64,000 nucleotides of DNA, taken from NCBI GenBank assembly GCA_043821365.1, contig JBDRCX010000006.1, forward strand, positions 1-64,000, given 5' to 3'. Below the pieces are notes generated by a model. It was given only the letters and a program-made list of their open reading frames with translations. It did no database searches and had not been told where the DNA came from. The position numbers were made by a program, and so were the translations under genes. Shown here piece by piece: positions 54,966 through 63,063 of this stretch (positions are counted from its first letter, which is position 1; each line of letters begins with the position of its first letter). This DNA is from Candidatus Micrarchaeota archaeon (GTDB lineage Archaea > Micrarchaeota > Micrarchaeia > Anstonellales > Bilamarchaeaceae).

Positions 54966-57158
54966 TCAAACTCGACGGAACATTAACGTCTTGTCATCAT
55001 CATTTTTACTTTCTCTTTCTTTACATGAACACATGGTTGGGAATTTTGTTATTCTTTCCCCATCTGGACCATCATTATTATCTGCTCTTCTTTCTTCTGC
55101 CATTGATATTAGAGCATCTCTTGCCATAGTCAAATCCCCAGAATAAAGATCTATTACATCAACAATTTCATGATTGCAAATCGGTACTCCGATTCCATCA
55201 CTATGCACAGCAATGATGTCACCTTTTTGTAGAACAAATGGTTGGTGATGATAAAGTCTACCATTTATATGAATATGAGCAGCACCATGACCTAATGCTG
55301 AACCGATTATATGATCTGGATAATTAAGTTCAACTTGTTTTTTTAGAACTGCTTCGTAAAATTCTTTTGTTTGTGTTTCATCAAGATCTCTTACTCGAAG
55401 TCCTCTTTCTTCAAATTCATTAGAGACCAATCCAAAAGCACCAACATAGTTAAAAGAGTGGCCAGCACTTTCAGCTACTATTTTACCACCACGAATTATT
55501 TTCCAATCACTATCCCCACAGTGAATTCCATAAAACTCATTTTCTTTTTGATAGGATATTGTTACTGTGGTCCCCATATTGTTTATTTGTCTTCTATCTA
55601 GTGTTTGTTTTGATGCTATCTGGTCCATAACCACTGCCAAGTCCATTGCAACAATAGTAGCACGCACATCTTCTGGAGTTGATATCCAGCCCGCAGCAGA
55701 TGCAATCTCAAAAACTTCTTTTGCAATTTCACTTGCTCTGCTGCCACCGCCATGTCCACCCATACCATCAAAAACTGCATCAAGATAGACTAGTTTACCA
55801 TCAGGAAGAGTTACTCTGGCTGATGAGAAATTATCCTCACACTCTTTTGGAGTACCATCACGACATCTTTTTGCTTTCATACTTGTGTTTTTGTAAGTTA
55901 TTGAACCATAAACCTGGTGATTGAAGCCAAGAAACGAAGAGAAAACACTAAATTCTGCCTGTCTTAGTGCAGCTTGCCTAAGTGCACTCAGTTGCATTGT
56001 TTCTCCAAAAGCAGCAATATCAAGCAGTAGTTGTTGATGATAATTTTGTTGATAAACTGGATGTAAAAAAGCACGTTCTAAATTTCCCACTACTTCCGAA
56101 GGGATTCTTCTTGCATTAGAATAACTTGGAACCAACCTTGTTGATAAACCATGTTGTTCTCTTTCATATTTACCCTCAAGTTGTGGTGTTTGCGTCAGCA
56201 AATCAACCAAACCAGTTTCTTCTCTTGTGAACCTAGGGGCATCTTCAAATCGAATTTTGTGAGCTAATGAAGCAAGAGTCCTAAGGTCTAAAACATTTCT
56301 ACTATGAAATTGGAATCGCTCTGCAATTGGTGTGTTGAACCAAAGATCGTGTGTTGAATTGTATTTGAACACAGTATTCTTATGTGCCATTGTTGCAGCA
56401 TTTGTATCAACCAATAGACCTTTGCCTTTTTTTGCTTGTATAAGTATTTGTACTCCTTCAACCCTTTCCATCCATCGTATAACTGCAATTGTTCTTTCAT
56501 TTAATTTTCCTTTTCCAGATATTGCATCTGCAACAGATTGAAAATCAGAAGCAGAAGGATATGCCTTGCTCCAAAAATCAGAAAGTGCAGCATTATTTCC
56601 ATCTAACCATGCATGAAATAATTCAAGTTTTAGTGCAGTTTCTGGTAAACAAACATCAGTAAGATTCTTGAATCTCGGTGCATTTGGTCCAAGTGATTCC
56701 ATTGGCATTAAATAAAATGAATCAAGTTGAAAAGAATCTTCCATTGCCAGTGCTTCCAATCTTTTAGTTGGAGTTCCTGGAATAAGATCGCATTTGTCAT
56801 AAATAGAACGAACAGCCAGACGAACTTCCTGTACTCTGTGCTGACCATCTTGTTTTTCCCACATTCCTGCAACTAAAAGCTGCATTCTCAAATCCCTAAT
56901 TCCAGGATGCATTGCAAGGAACTCATTGAATCTTGATTGATCTAATTCACCAACTGATATTCTCAAAGCTAATGAAATCGCATCTCTTTCTCTCACATTT
57001 AATTCATTGAAAAGCATTTCTTCTCTTGAAGTTATTTTTGATCTTAGTTCAAGTGTTGGTAGACCCATCCTATCAGCTAAACCTTTGGTAATATCTTTAG
57101 GAATAGCTCTGGTATGTAGCTGACGTGAAAGTAAAGTTTGTGGGTTAATCTCGGCCAT
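54966..57158 (-). CDS. Large protein with C-terminal PP2C/PPM Ser/Thr phosphatase domain
   Basis: CED, AVFDGMGGHGGG.RAS, MGTT, HCGDS, HSDG, DDKT; about 430 aa of unknown N-terminal region. Confidence 0.85.
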   Translation of the reverse strand: MAEINPQTLLSRQLHTRAIPKDITKGLADRMGLPTLELRSKITSREEMLFNELNVRERDAISLALRISVGELDQSRFNEFLAMHPGIRDLRMQLLVAGMWEKQDGQHRVQEVRLAVRSIYDKCDLIPGTPTKRLEALAMEDSFQLDSFYLMPMESLGPNAPRFKNLTDVCLPETALKLELFHAWLDGNNAALSDFWSKAYPSASDFQSVADAISGKGKLNERTIAVIRWMERVEGVQILIQAKKGKGLLVDTNAATMAHKNTVFKYNSTHDLWFNTPIAERFQFHSRNVLDLRTLASLAHKIRFEDAPRFTREETGLVDLLTQTPQLEGKYEREQHGLSTRLVPSYSNARRIPSEVVGNLERAFLHPVYQQNYHQQLLLDIAAFGETMQLSALRQAALRQAEFSVFSSFLGFNHQVYGSITYKNTSMKAKRCRDGTPKECEDNFSSARVTLPDGKLVYLDAVFDGMGGHGGGSRASEIAKEVFEIASAAGWISTPEDVRATIVAMDLAVVMDQIASKQTLDRRQINNMGTTVTISYQKENEFYGIHCGDSDWKIIRGGKIVAESAGHSFNYVGAFGLVSNEFEERGLRVRDLDETQTKEFYEAVLKKQVELNYPDHIIGSALGHGAAHIHINGRLYHHQPFVLQKGDIIAVHSDGIGVPICNHEIVDVIDLYSGDLTMARDALISMAEERRADNNDGPDGERITKFPTMCSCKERESKNDDDKTLMFRRV

Positions 57159-57231
57159 TTTATCCCTTGTTTCTATGTATGTATTTTTGTGGGTATGTAT
57201 TTTTAAATAAACCTTTTATGAAAATGGAAAA

Positions 57232-57936
57232 TTATGTTAATGAGATTTGAAATAGAGTTCCAACAAAATAGCCAGTTAAAGCAGCTGCACCACCAATAAG
57301 CATCAACTCAATCCCACCATGAAGCCATTTGCCCGAGGTTAAATGACTTTTATATGCACCAAAAACAAATAGAAAAACAATGCTTATTATCAAACTTAGT
57401 ATAATTGAAAAATTCACTGAAAAGAAAAAGAATGGGGCAATAGGTATCAAAGATCCGATAATTGCACTGACTCCGACAATCAAACTTTGTTTCAAAGGAG
57501 ACATACTTTCCCTTGGATCTTCAAGTTTTAGCTCATCCCGCATCATTGTTTTAAGCCAGACTTTTCTATTTGAAACAATTTTGTCAACAACTTGATTCAA
57601 TAGTTTCCCTGAGAAACCTTTTTCTTTATATATCTCAGCTATTTCTTCACGTTCTTTATCTGGAAGATTTTCCATTTCCCAGATTTCTCTTGCTATTTCT
57701 GCTTCATAATGTTCAACTTCTGCACGTGCAGATGTATATGCAACTGCCGCCATGCTTACACTCTCTGCAAATGTTGCAGCAAGACCAGCAAGAAGAACAA
57801 GCTGAGTTGATTGAGTTGCAACCGCCACACCCAAAAGAATACCAAGAACATTGACAAGACCATCCTGGCCACCTAGAATAAGATTTCTGAAAAGTTCTCC
57901 TCGACCAGTTCGATGTTGCTCAATATGTTCTAACAT
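57232..57936 (-). CDS. VIT1/CCC1-family metal transporter
   Basis: ILGGQDGLV, ESVSMA..AYTS, E.EEI..IY..KG, M.RDEL, G.LIP..PF. Confidence 0.92.
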   Translation of the reverse strand: MLEHIEQHRTGRGELFRNLILGGQDGLVNVLGILLGVAVATQSTQLVLLAGLAATFAESVSMAAVAYTSARAEVEHYEAEIAREIWEMENLPDKEREEIAEIYKEKGFSGKLLNQVVDKIVSNRKVWLKTMMRDELKLEDPRESMSPLKQSLIVGVSAIIGSLIPIAPFFFFSVNFSIILSLIISIVFLFVFGAYKSHLTSGKWLHGGIELMLIGGAAALTGYFVGTLFQISLT

Positions 57937-58147
57937 ACAAAATCAATATAGTATATTACGATTAAAAAGATATCAAATTTTTCAGAATGAAAAATTCATC
58001 AACAAAAAATGGACTTGTTGTGAACTTCCAACTGAACGACGAATCGTTCAGTGGACCATAGAACGAATACTTCGTTCTGTAGGTCGTTCACTTCTCGTCC
58101 AAATTTCTTGAGTATAGCTAATAGAAGAACAAAAATAAAATGAAATT

Positions 58148-58407
58148 TGGACTTGAGGGGACTCGCACCCCTGGCCTCTCCGATTTTCTATTTACCATGA
58201 AATTGATAATTGCATGGCCGCATTGAACAGAGTCCAATAGCGTAGATATGCGAACGGAGCGCTCTGCTTCCCGCTTTTAGGAAAAGCGGGACCAAACCCC
58301 GCAGTTCATAAAAGATAATGCTCCAACCTTTTTCCTAAAAAGGTTGGACCAAAAACTAATTTTTGATCCAAACTTTTTTTCAAAAAGTTTGGCTGAGCTA
58401 CAAGCCC
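58148..58407 (-). tRNA. tRNA-Ala(CGC) with about 124-nt D-loop insertion (58269-58392) and 65-nt canonical intron (58184-58248)
   Basis: GGGCTTG/CAAGTCC acceptor with G3:U70, CTCCG-TT-CGC-A|T-CGGAG anticodon arm, T-loop TGCGAGT. Confidence 0.85.
58269..58392. repeat. REP-like palindrome copies 5-7
   Basis: TCCCGCTTTT-AGG-AAAAGCGGGA (58269-58291), TCCAACCTTTTT-CCT-AAAAAGGTTGGA (58322-58348), CCAAACTTTTT-TTC-AAAAAGTTTGG (58368-58392). Confidence 0.85.
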
Positions 58408-58450
58408 TTCTGATAAATAATTAGGAGAAGATAATTAAGACTTATCTAAG

Positions 58451-60079
58451 TCAATACATTGGTTGGGTTGCTTCACCATAATCTTTTGCCCACCTGTCAG
58501 CCATATTGGACAAATGCCTCTCAACTCTATCCCAAACTAATTGATATTGTTCTTGTAAATAATCACTACAACCATATTCTACTGAACCAAACTTAAATTC
58601 AGACATTTTATTGATCATAAATTTTGCATATCTAAGAAGAGTACTAACTTCTCTCTCAGTAAGATCATACTCTTGCTTTAGTCTTCGTCTTTCATTATCT
58701 GGAATTTCTGTTTGTCCATTTGGTAGAGTCAATAGACTATCAATAGCAAAATCAAGAGCATGCTGGAGTTGACTATACCTTCTATCAAATAATAGAGAAT
58801 CAGCACTAACTATTCTCATAGGAAGGTGTTCTTCCAGAGGCAGTTCATGACCATTTGAACAAATGCCCTGTAGAAATCGATTTACATCTGAATATCTTTC
58901 TGTTCTCATAAGACGATAAATCCTATAAAGTCCTGCATTTAATTCAAATAATGGACTTGATGGATCATCATGCAAACCAAGAATTCTTTGCCTACGAGCA
59001 CCGTATTGTAAATCAAACATGATAGTATCATTTGAACGAGCTTCTCTGGCTCCTTGTATTTGGCGCTTTTCTGCTGCAGAAACTGCATAATTTGAATAGT
59101 CCAATAATGGTGTAAGCAACCATGACTGTTCACTGTCTAATAGACCTGCTTTAAGTGGTGCTCCAACCTCATTAATTCCAGCAGGATTTTTTGGTTGTAA
59201 ATATTTCAAAAATAAACCATCATCAGTAATTGCAATGCAAAGATAGTACCTTGCATTAGAAACAACAAGATTAAGGTGGTAACCATAGGCCCCTTCTTTT
59301 GAATTGCCAGACCACCAAAAGGACACTAGACGATCTATACCATCACCAGGCTCTGCAAATGTTAAGCTGCTTATTCCTTCTCTCATAGAATCCTGAATAT
59401 CTTCTTCTGTCCTGAGGATAAGAGTATGCGCAACTGCCTGTCCGTCTTTGGTTTTTGCAACTGCATTTATACCAAAAGTTTCCAATTTTGTGTAGCCTCC
59501 TTTCAGAGTATAAACAATTGGAGCATCATGGTAAACTCTATCAATAATATTTTGGATATCAAAATGGAAATTCTGTAAATGCTCCCCATCTCTTTGTGAA
59601 CCTTTCCAAAAAATATTATGATATATAGAAAATCCAGCAAACCTACGCCAGCATTCTTGCGATTTTGAACGATAGGCAAAAACTAATCTTGTTTCATTAT
59701 TCTGATGGACGTAAACTGGAACTGCTTCATACCCAACATTAATTGGACTGCCAACACCAACCCACCCATCCTGAATTTTAACCATTTCACGTATTTTGAA
59801 TGGCTCTTTGTTTCTTCTTATTATAGCTTCTATATGTCTTGCATGACGGTCAATTAAATTTGCTGCAATTGAACGTTTATCAGATTGAACACGCCACAAT
59901 GAAGCATCACGATCAAATAAAGAGAATTTTGGAATGTCACCAACACGAAAAGGTTTTGCATCAACTTGCCTTCTGATCGGATCCGAATATGGTAACCCCA
60001 GCTTATCAGCAAGAGAACGTGCTAATGCTGAGGGATTAAGATCTCTAGATTTATAGTTTAATCTGACTACCATATACAA
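58451..60079 (-). CDS. Orphan protein (542 aa)
   Basis: Long ORF with upstream TATA box; no family motif recognised. Confidence 0.8.
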   Translation of the reverse strand: MYMVVRLNYKSRDLNPSALARSLADKLGLPYSDPIRRQVDAKPFRVGDIPKFSLFDRDASLWRVQSDKRSIAANLIDRHARHIEAIIRRNKEPFKIREMVKIQDGWVGVGSPINVGYEAVPVYVHQNNETRLVFAYRSKSQECWRRFAGFSIYHNIFWKGSQRDGEHLQNFHFDIQNIIDRVYHDAPIVYTLKGGYTKLETFGINAVAKTKDGQAVAHTLILRTEEDIQDSMREGISSLTFAEPGDGIDRLVSFWWSGNSKEGAYGYHLNLVVSNARYYLCIAITDDGLFLKYLQPKNPAGINEVGAPLKAGLLDSEQSWLLTPLLDYSNYAVSAAEKRQIQGAREARSNDTIMFDLQYGARRQRILGLHDDPSSPLFELNAGLYRIYRLMRTERYSDVNRFLQGICSNGHELPLEEHLPMRIVSADSLLFDRRYSQLQHALDFAIDSLLTLPNGQTEIPDNERRRLKQEYDLTEREVSTLLRYAKFMINKMSEFKFGSVEYGCSDYLQEQYQLVWDRVERHLSNMADRWAKDYGEATQPMY

Positions 60080-60180
60080 ACCTTCTGTTATTATCTATGT
60101 ATATTAATGTAGAAAGAGTTTTTAAATATGTTCTAACTTGGGTTTTTATATATTAGCATATAATTTCTCGTAAGATTCTA

Positions 60181-61269
60181 ATGTTGCCTAATATTTACAA
60201 AGGAAATTATTTGTTACTAGCAATATTCCCGATTGCTTTGATTCTATTATCTATCTATTATATACCCACAATAAAATTAGGTGTTGATTTCCAGGGAGGT
60301 ACGCTCATCACATTATCACTAAAAGAAAGCGTAGATGCAGATCAACTTGAGAGTCAACTTAATCAAGAAGGTTTAGAAGCTGATGTTAGAGTTTTTGAAA
60401 CTGCTGTTGGTACAAGAGCAGAAATAGAAGTTCCACAAAGCACTGATTTGATAGAAGCAGATGAACTAAGAAATAAATTCAATATACTTTTACCAACAGT
60501 AACTCAACTAGAAGTTGCAAATTACCAAAACTCAAGTTTTAGTGATGAATACATAACAAAAAAAGCAGAATTAGATGCCCTAGCTGATGAAATGTTCACT
60601 CTTGCAGGAACAAATAGAAACGCATTGAACATAACAAGCACAAATGAACTACAACAAGCTTTTTCACATGCATACACTGAGATTTACAAGAACTATCAGA
60701 CTTCGATCTCACAACCAATAAACAAATATGTGGAATATGACTCTATATCAGTCCAGACAGTTAGTCCTGCGTTAACCAGCCACTTTATCGAGGTCGCAAC
60801 AAATGTTGTTATTATGGCAATAGTCTTGAGCCTCGTACTTGTGTTTTTATTTTTCAGGGCATTCGTACCAAGCCTTGCAGTTATGCTTGGAGCTGTTAGT
60901 GACATTTTAATAGCACTTGGTGCAATGGGTTTGTTTGGTATACCATTAACCTTGGCTTCTTTTGCTGCGCTCCTCATGCTTCTCGGTTTCTCATTAGATA
61001 CCGACATATTATTGACGACTAGAATGCTTAAGAGAAAAGGAGACCCAAGAGAAAACGCACACGATGCAATGAAAACAGGAATGACAATGAGTATTACTGC
61101 AATAATAGCTTTTTCTGCACTATTTATTTTAGCAACTTTAACACACATACCAACTTACCATGAAATATCTGCAGTTGCACTTGCGGGTTTGGTTGGAGAC
61201 CTGTTTGCAACCTGGGGAATAAATGCAGTATTGATATTGCATTACGTAGAACATAGGAGGAGAACCTAA
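60181..61269 (+). CDS. secF: Protein translocase subunit SecF
   Basis: LGVDFQGGT, VSPAL, AALLMLLGFSLDTDILL; six TM helices. Confidence 0.9.
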   Translation: MLPNIYKGNYLLLAIFPIALILLSIYYIPTIKLGVDFQGGTLITLSLKESVDADQLESQLNQEGLEADVRVFETAVGTRAEIEVPQSTDLIEADELRNKFNILLPTVTQLEVANYQNSSFSDEYITKKAELDALADEMFTLAGTNRNALNITSTNELQQAFSHAYTEIYKNYQTSISQPINKYVEYDSISVQTVSPALTSHFIEVATNVVIMAIVLSLVLVFLFFRAFVPSLAVMLGAVSDILIALGAMGLFGIPLTLASFAALLMLLGFSLDTDILLTTRMLKRKGDPRENAHDAMKTGMTMSITAIIAFSALFILATLTHIPTYHEISAVALAGLVGDLFATWGINAVLILHYVEHRRRT

Positions 61270-62978
61270 TGGATTTTTATAAGGATAATCATTTCCTATT
61301 CTTATTATTCATTTTTGCATTATTTGCAGTTGCAATAGCAATGGTTGCAGGATGGATACTGATAATTGCAATTGTCTTTTTTGGAATTACTTCACTCAGG
61401 TGGAAACAGCCACACATAAAGATTTCTGGGATGGTATTCTTGGTTCTTTTGGCTCTTTTAAATGTCTACGTACACGGTATGAATTTTGGTATTGATTTTG
61501 TTGGTGGTACGCGAATCCCAGTTGTACTTGAACATGCAGTTGACCAAGATACAATGAACGAGATGGTTAATACAATAAAAAGCAGGGCAAATACACTTGG
61601 TCTTAAAGAAATTAAAGCAAGGGCAGTTGGCAATAGTCTTATCAACGTTGAAGTTGCAAGCAGCGATGAGGCAACTATTGAATATATAGAAAAAACACTT
61701 TCACAACAAGGAGTTTACATAGGTGTTGTTGATGGAGAAATTGCCATAAGCGGAGACCATATTTTTAGAACATCCATAAGATCATTATCACCAAACGAAC
61801 TTATACAGCAAGGTGGAGCAGATTGGGGAGTTGGATTTTCAGTTGATAGAGAAGGAGGAGAAATATTTGCAAGTACAGCAAAGGGAAAGGCAGATTATCC
61901 AGTTTACATGTTCATAGACAGACCAAATGATGCAGTCTTATTTTATGATAAGGCCACATTCAAATCATATATACTTTCAGACGCAGGAGAAAAAGAATCA
62001 TTGAAGGCAGTGCAAGAAATGCTTGAACTCGAAAATTCAAACATATCAGTCTATTTGATTGAAACAATTCCAGAGAATTTTACTGCTGCAACAAACTCAA
62101 CTAAAGCAATAATTTCTTCCAACCTATCTGCAGAGATAAAACAAAACCTAACGAATATGGGTTTCACTCTTGTAGAATATGCAGAAGAAAAAATGAAGCC
62201 TGAATTTATGAGATCACGAACAGGAGTTCTTATTGTTAACAAGCTGGAAGCAGTTGGATTGTTAACTGCACCATTGTTGAGCGGCGGAGTAACCTCTGGG
62301 GTTCCTAGTTATAATTATGTTATCACCGGAAGCATTGAAGCAAGCGATGGTAAATCAAAAAGTGCAGAGGCACTTGAAAAAGTAAAGAGCATAGAATCAA
62401 TTTTGAAAGGAGGGGCATTACCAGTACAAATATCACTTGGATCAAGAACAACCTTACCAGCATCTCTTGGAAGTGAATTTTTAAAGCTAAGTTTGATCGC
62501 AATTGGCGGGTCGCTTCTTGCAATAGCTGTTTTGATTGGTTTGAGATATAGAAACATAAAAGCAACATTACCAATAGTTTTGATTAGTTTTGCTGAGTTA
62601 GCAATATTATTATCCATCCTAGGCTCATTTACAATTGATCTTGCAGCAATGGCAGGTATTATTGCAGCCATAGGTGTTGGTGTAGATGCACAGATAGTTA
62701 TTACTGATGAACTTCTGAAAAAGGACGACCATAAGATTTCTGAGAAAGTTGAACTTGCTTTCGGTATAATAAGAACAAATGCAATAGTTGCAATTTGTTC
62801 GATGATACCGCTTTTGTTCTCTGGTTTGGTAGAAATTATCGGTTTCGCAATGTCAACCATGTTAGGTGCTTTGCTTGGTTATTTATTGACAAGACCAGCA
62901 TATGCAGCGATGGTAGAGAAAGTGCTTGAAGCAGAAAAGAAAGGAGAAGCACACAAGCACGGGCATCCGATTGCTTAG
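61269..62978 (+). CDS. secD: Protein translocase subunit SecD
   Basis: FGIDFVGGTRI, LKGGALP, ASLG, AGIIAAIGVGVDAQIVITDE. Confidence 0.92.
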   Translation: MDFYKDNHFLFLLFIFALFAVAIAMVAGWILIIAIVFFGITSLRWKQPHIKISGMVFLVLLALLNVYVHGMNFGIDFVGGTRIPVVLEHAVDQDTMNEMVNTIKSRANTLGLKEIKARAVGNSLINVEVASSDEATIEYIEKTLSQQGVYIGVVDGEIAISGDHIFRTSIRSLSPNELIQQGGADWGVGFSVDREGGEIFASTAKGKADYPVYMFIDRPNDAVLFYDKATFKSYILSDAGEKESLKAVQEMLELENSNISVYLIETIPENFTAATNSTKAIISSNLSAEIKQNLTNMGFTLVEYAEEKMKPEFMRSRTGVLIVNKLEAVGLLTAPLLSGGVTSGVPSYNYVITGSIEASDGKSKSAEALEKVKSIESILKGGALPVQISLGSRTTLPASLGSEFLKLSLIAIGGSLLAIAVLIGLRYRNIKATLPIVLISFAELAILLSILGSFTIDLAAMAGIIAAIGVGVDAQIVITDELLKKDDHKISEKVELAFGIIRTNAIVAICSMIPLLFSGLVEIIGFAMSTMLGALLGYLLTRPAYAAMVEKVLEAEKKGEAHKHGHPIA

Positions 62979-63063
62979 CGATGAAATGTATACCCTATTA
63001 TACTAATTACTTGATTTGAAAGAGCTACCTAGTATTTAAAAACTATAATTGGATTAGTAAAAT

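Noticed and set aside
14173-58392. Palindromic repeats as a CRISPR array
   Set aside because: The copies are dispersed, differ in sequence, have no regular repeat-spacer period, and no cas genes are present.
14158-58407. Split or permuted tRNA halves
   Set aside because: Both exons of each tRNA lie in order on one strand within 260 nt; no complementary leader sequences for trans-splicing are needed.
49292-60079. Prophage or integrative element next to tRNA-Ala(CGC)
   Set aside because: No integrase, terminase, capsid or att-like duplication of the tRNA 3' end was found, and codon third positions look host-like.
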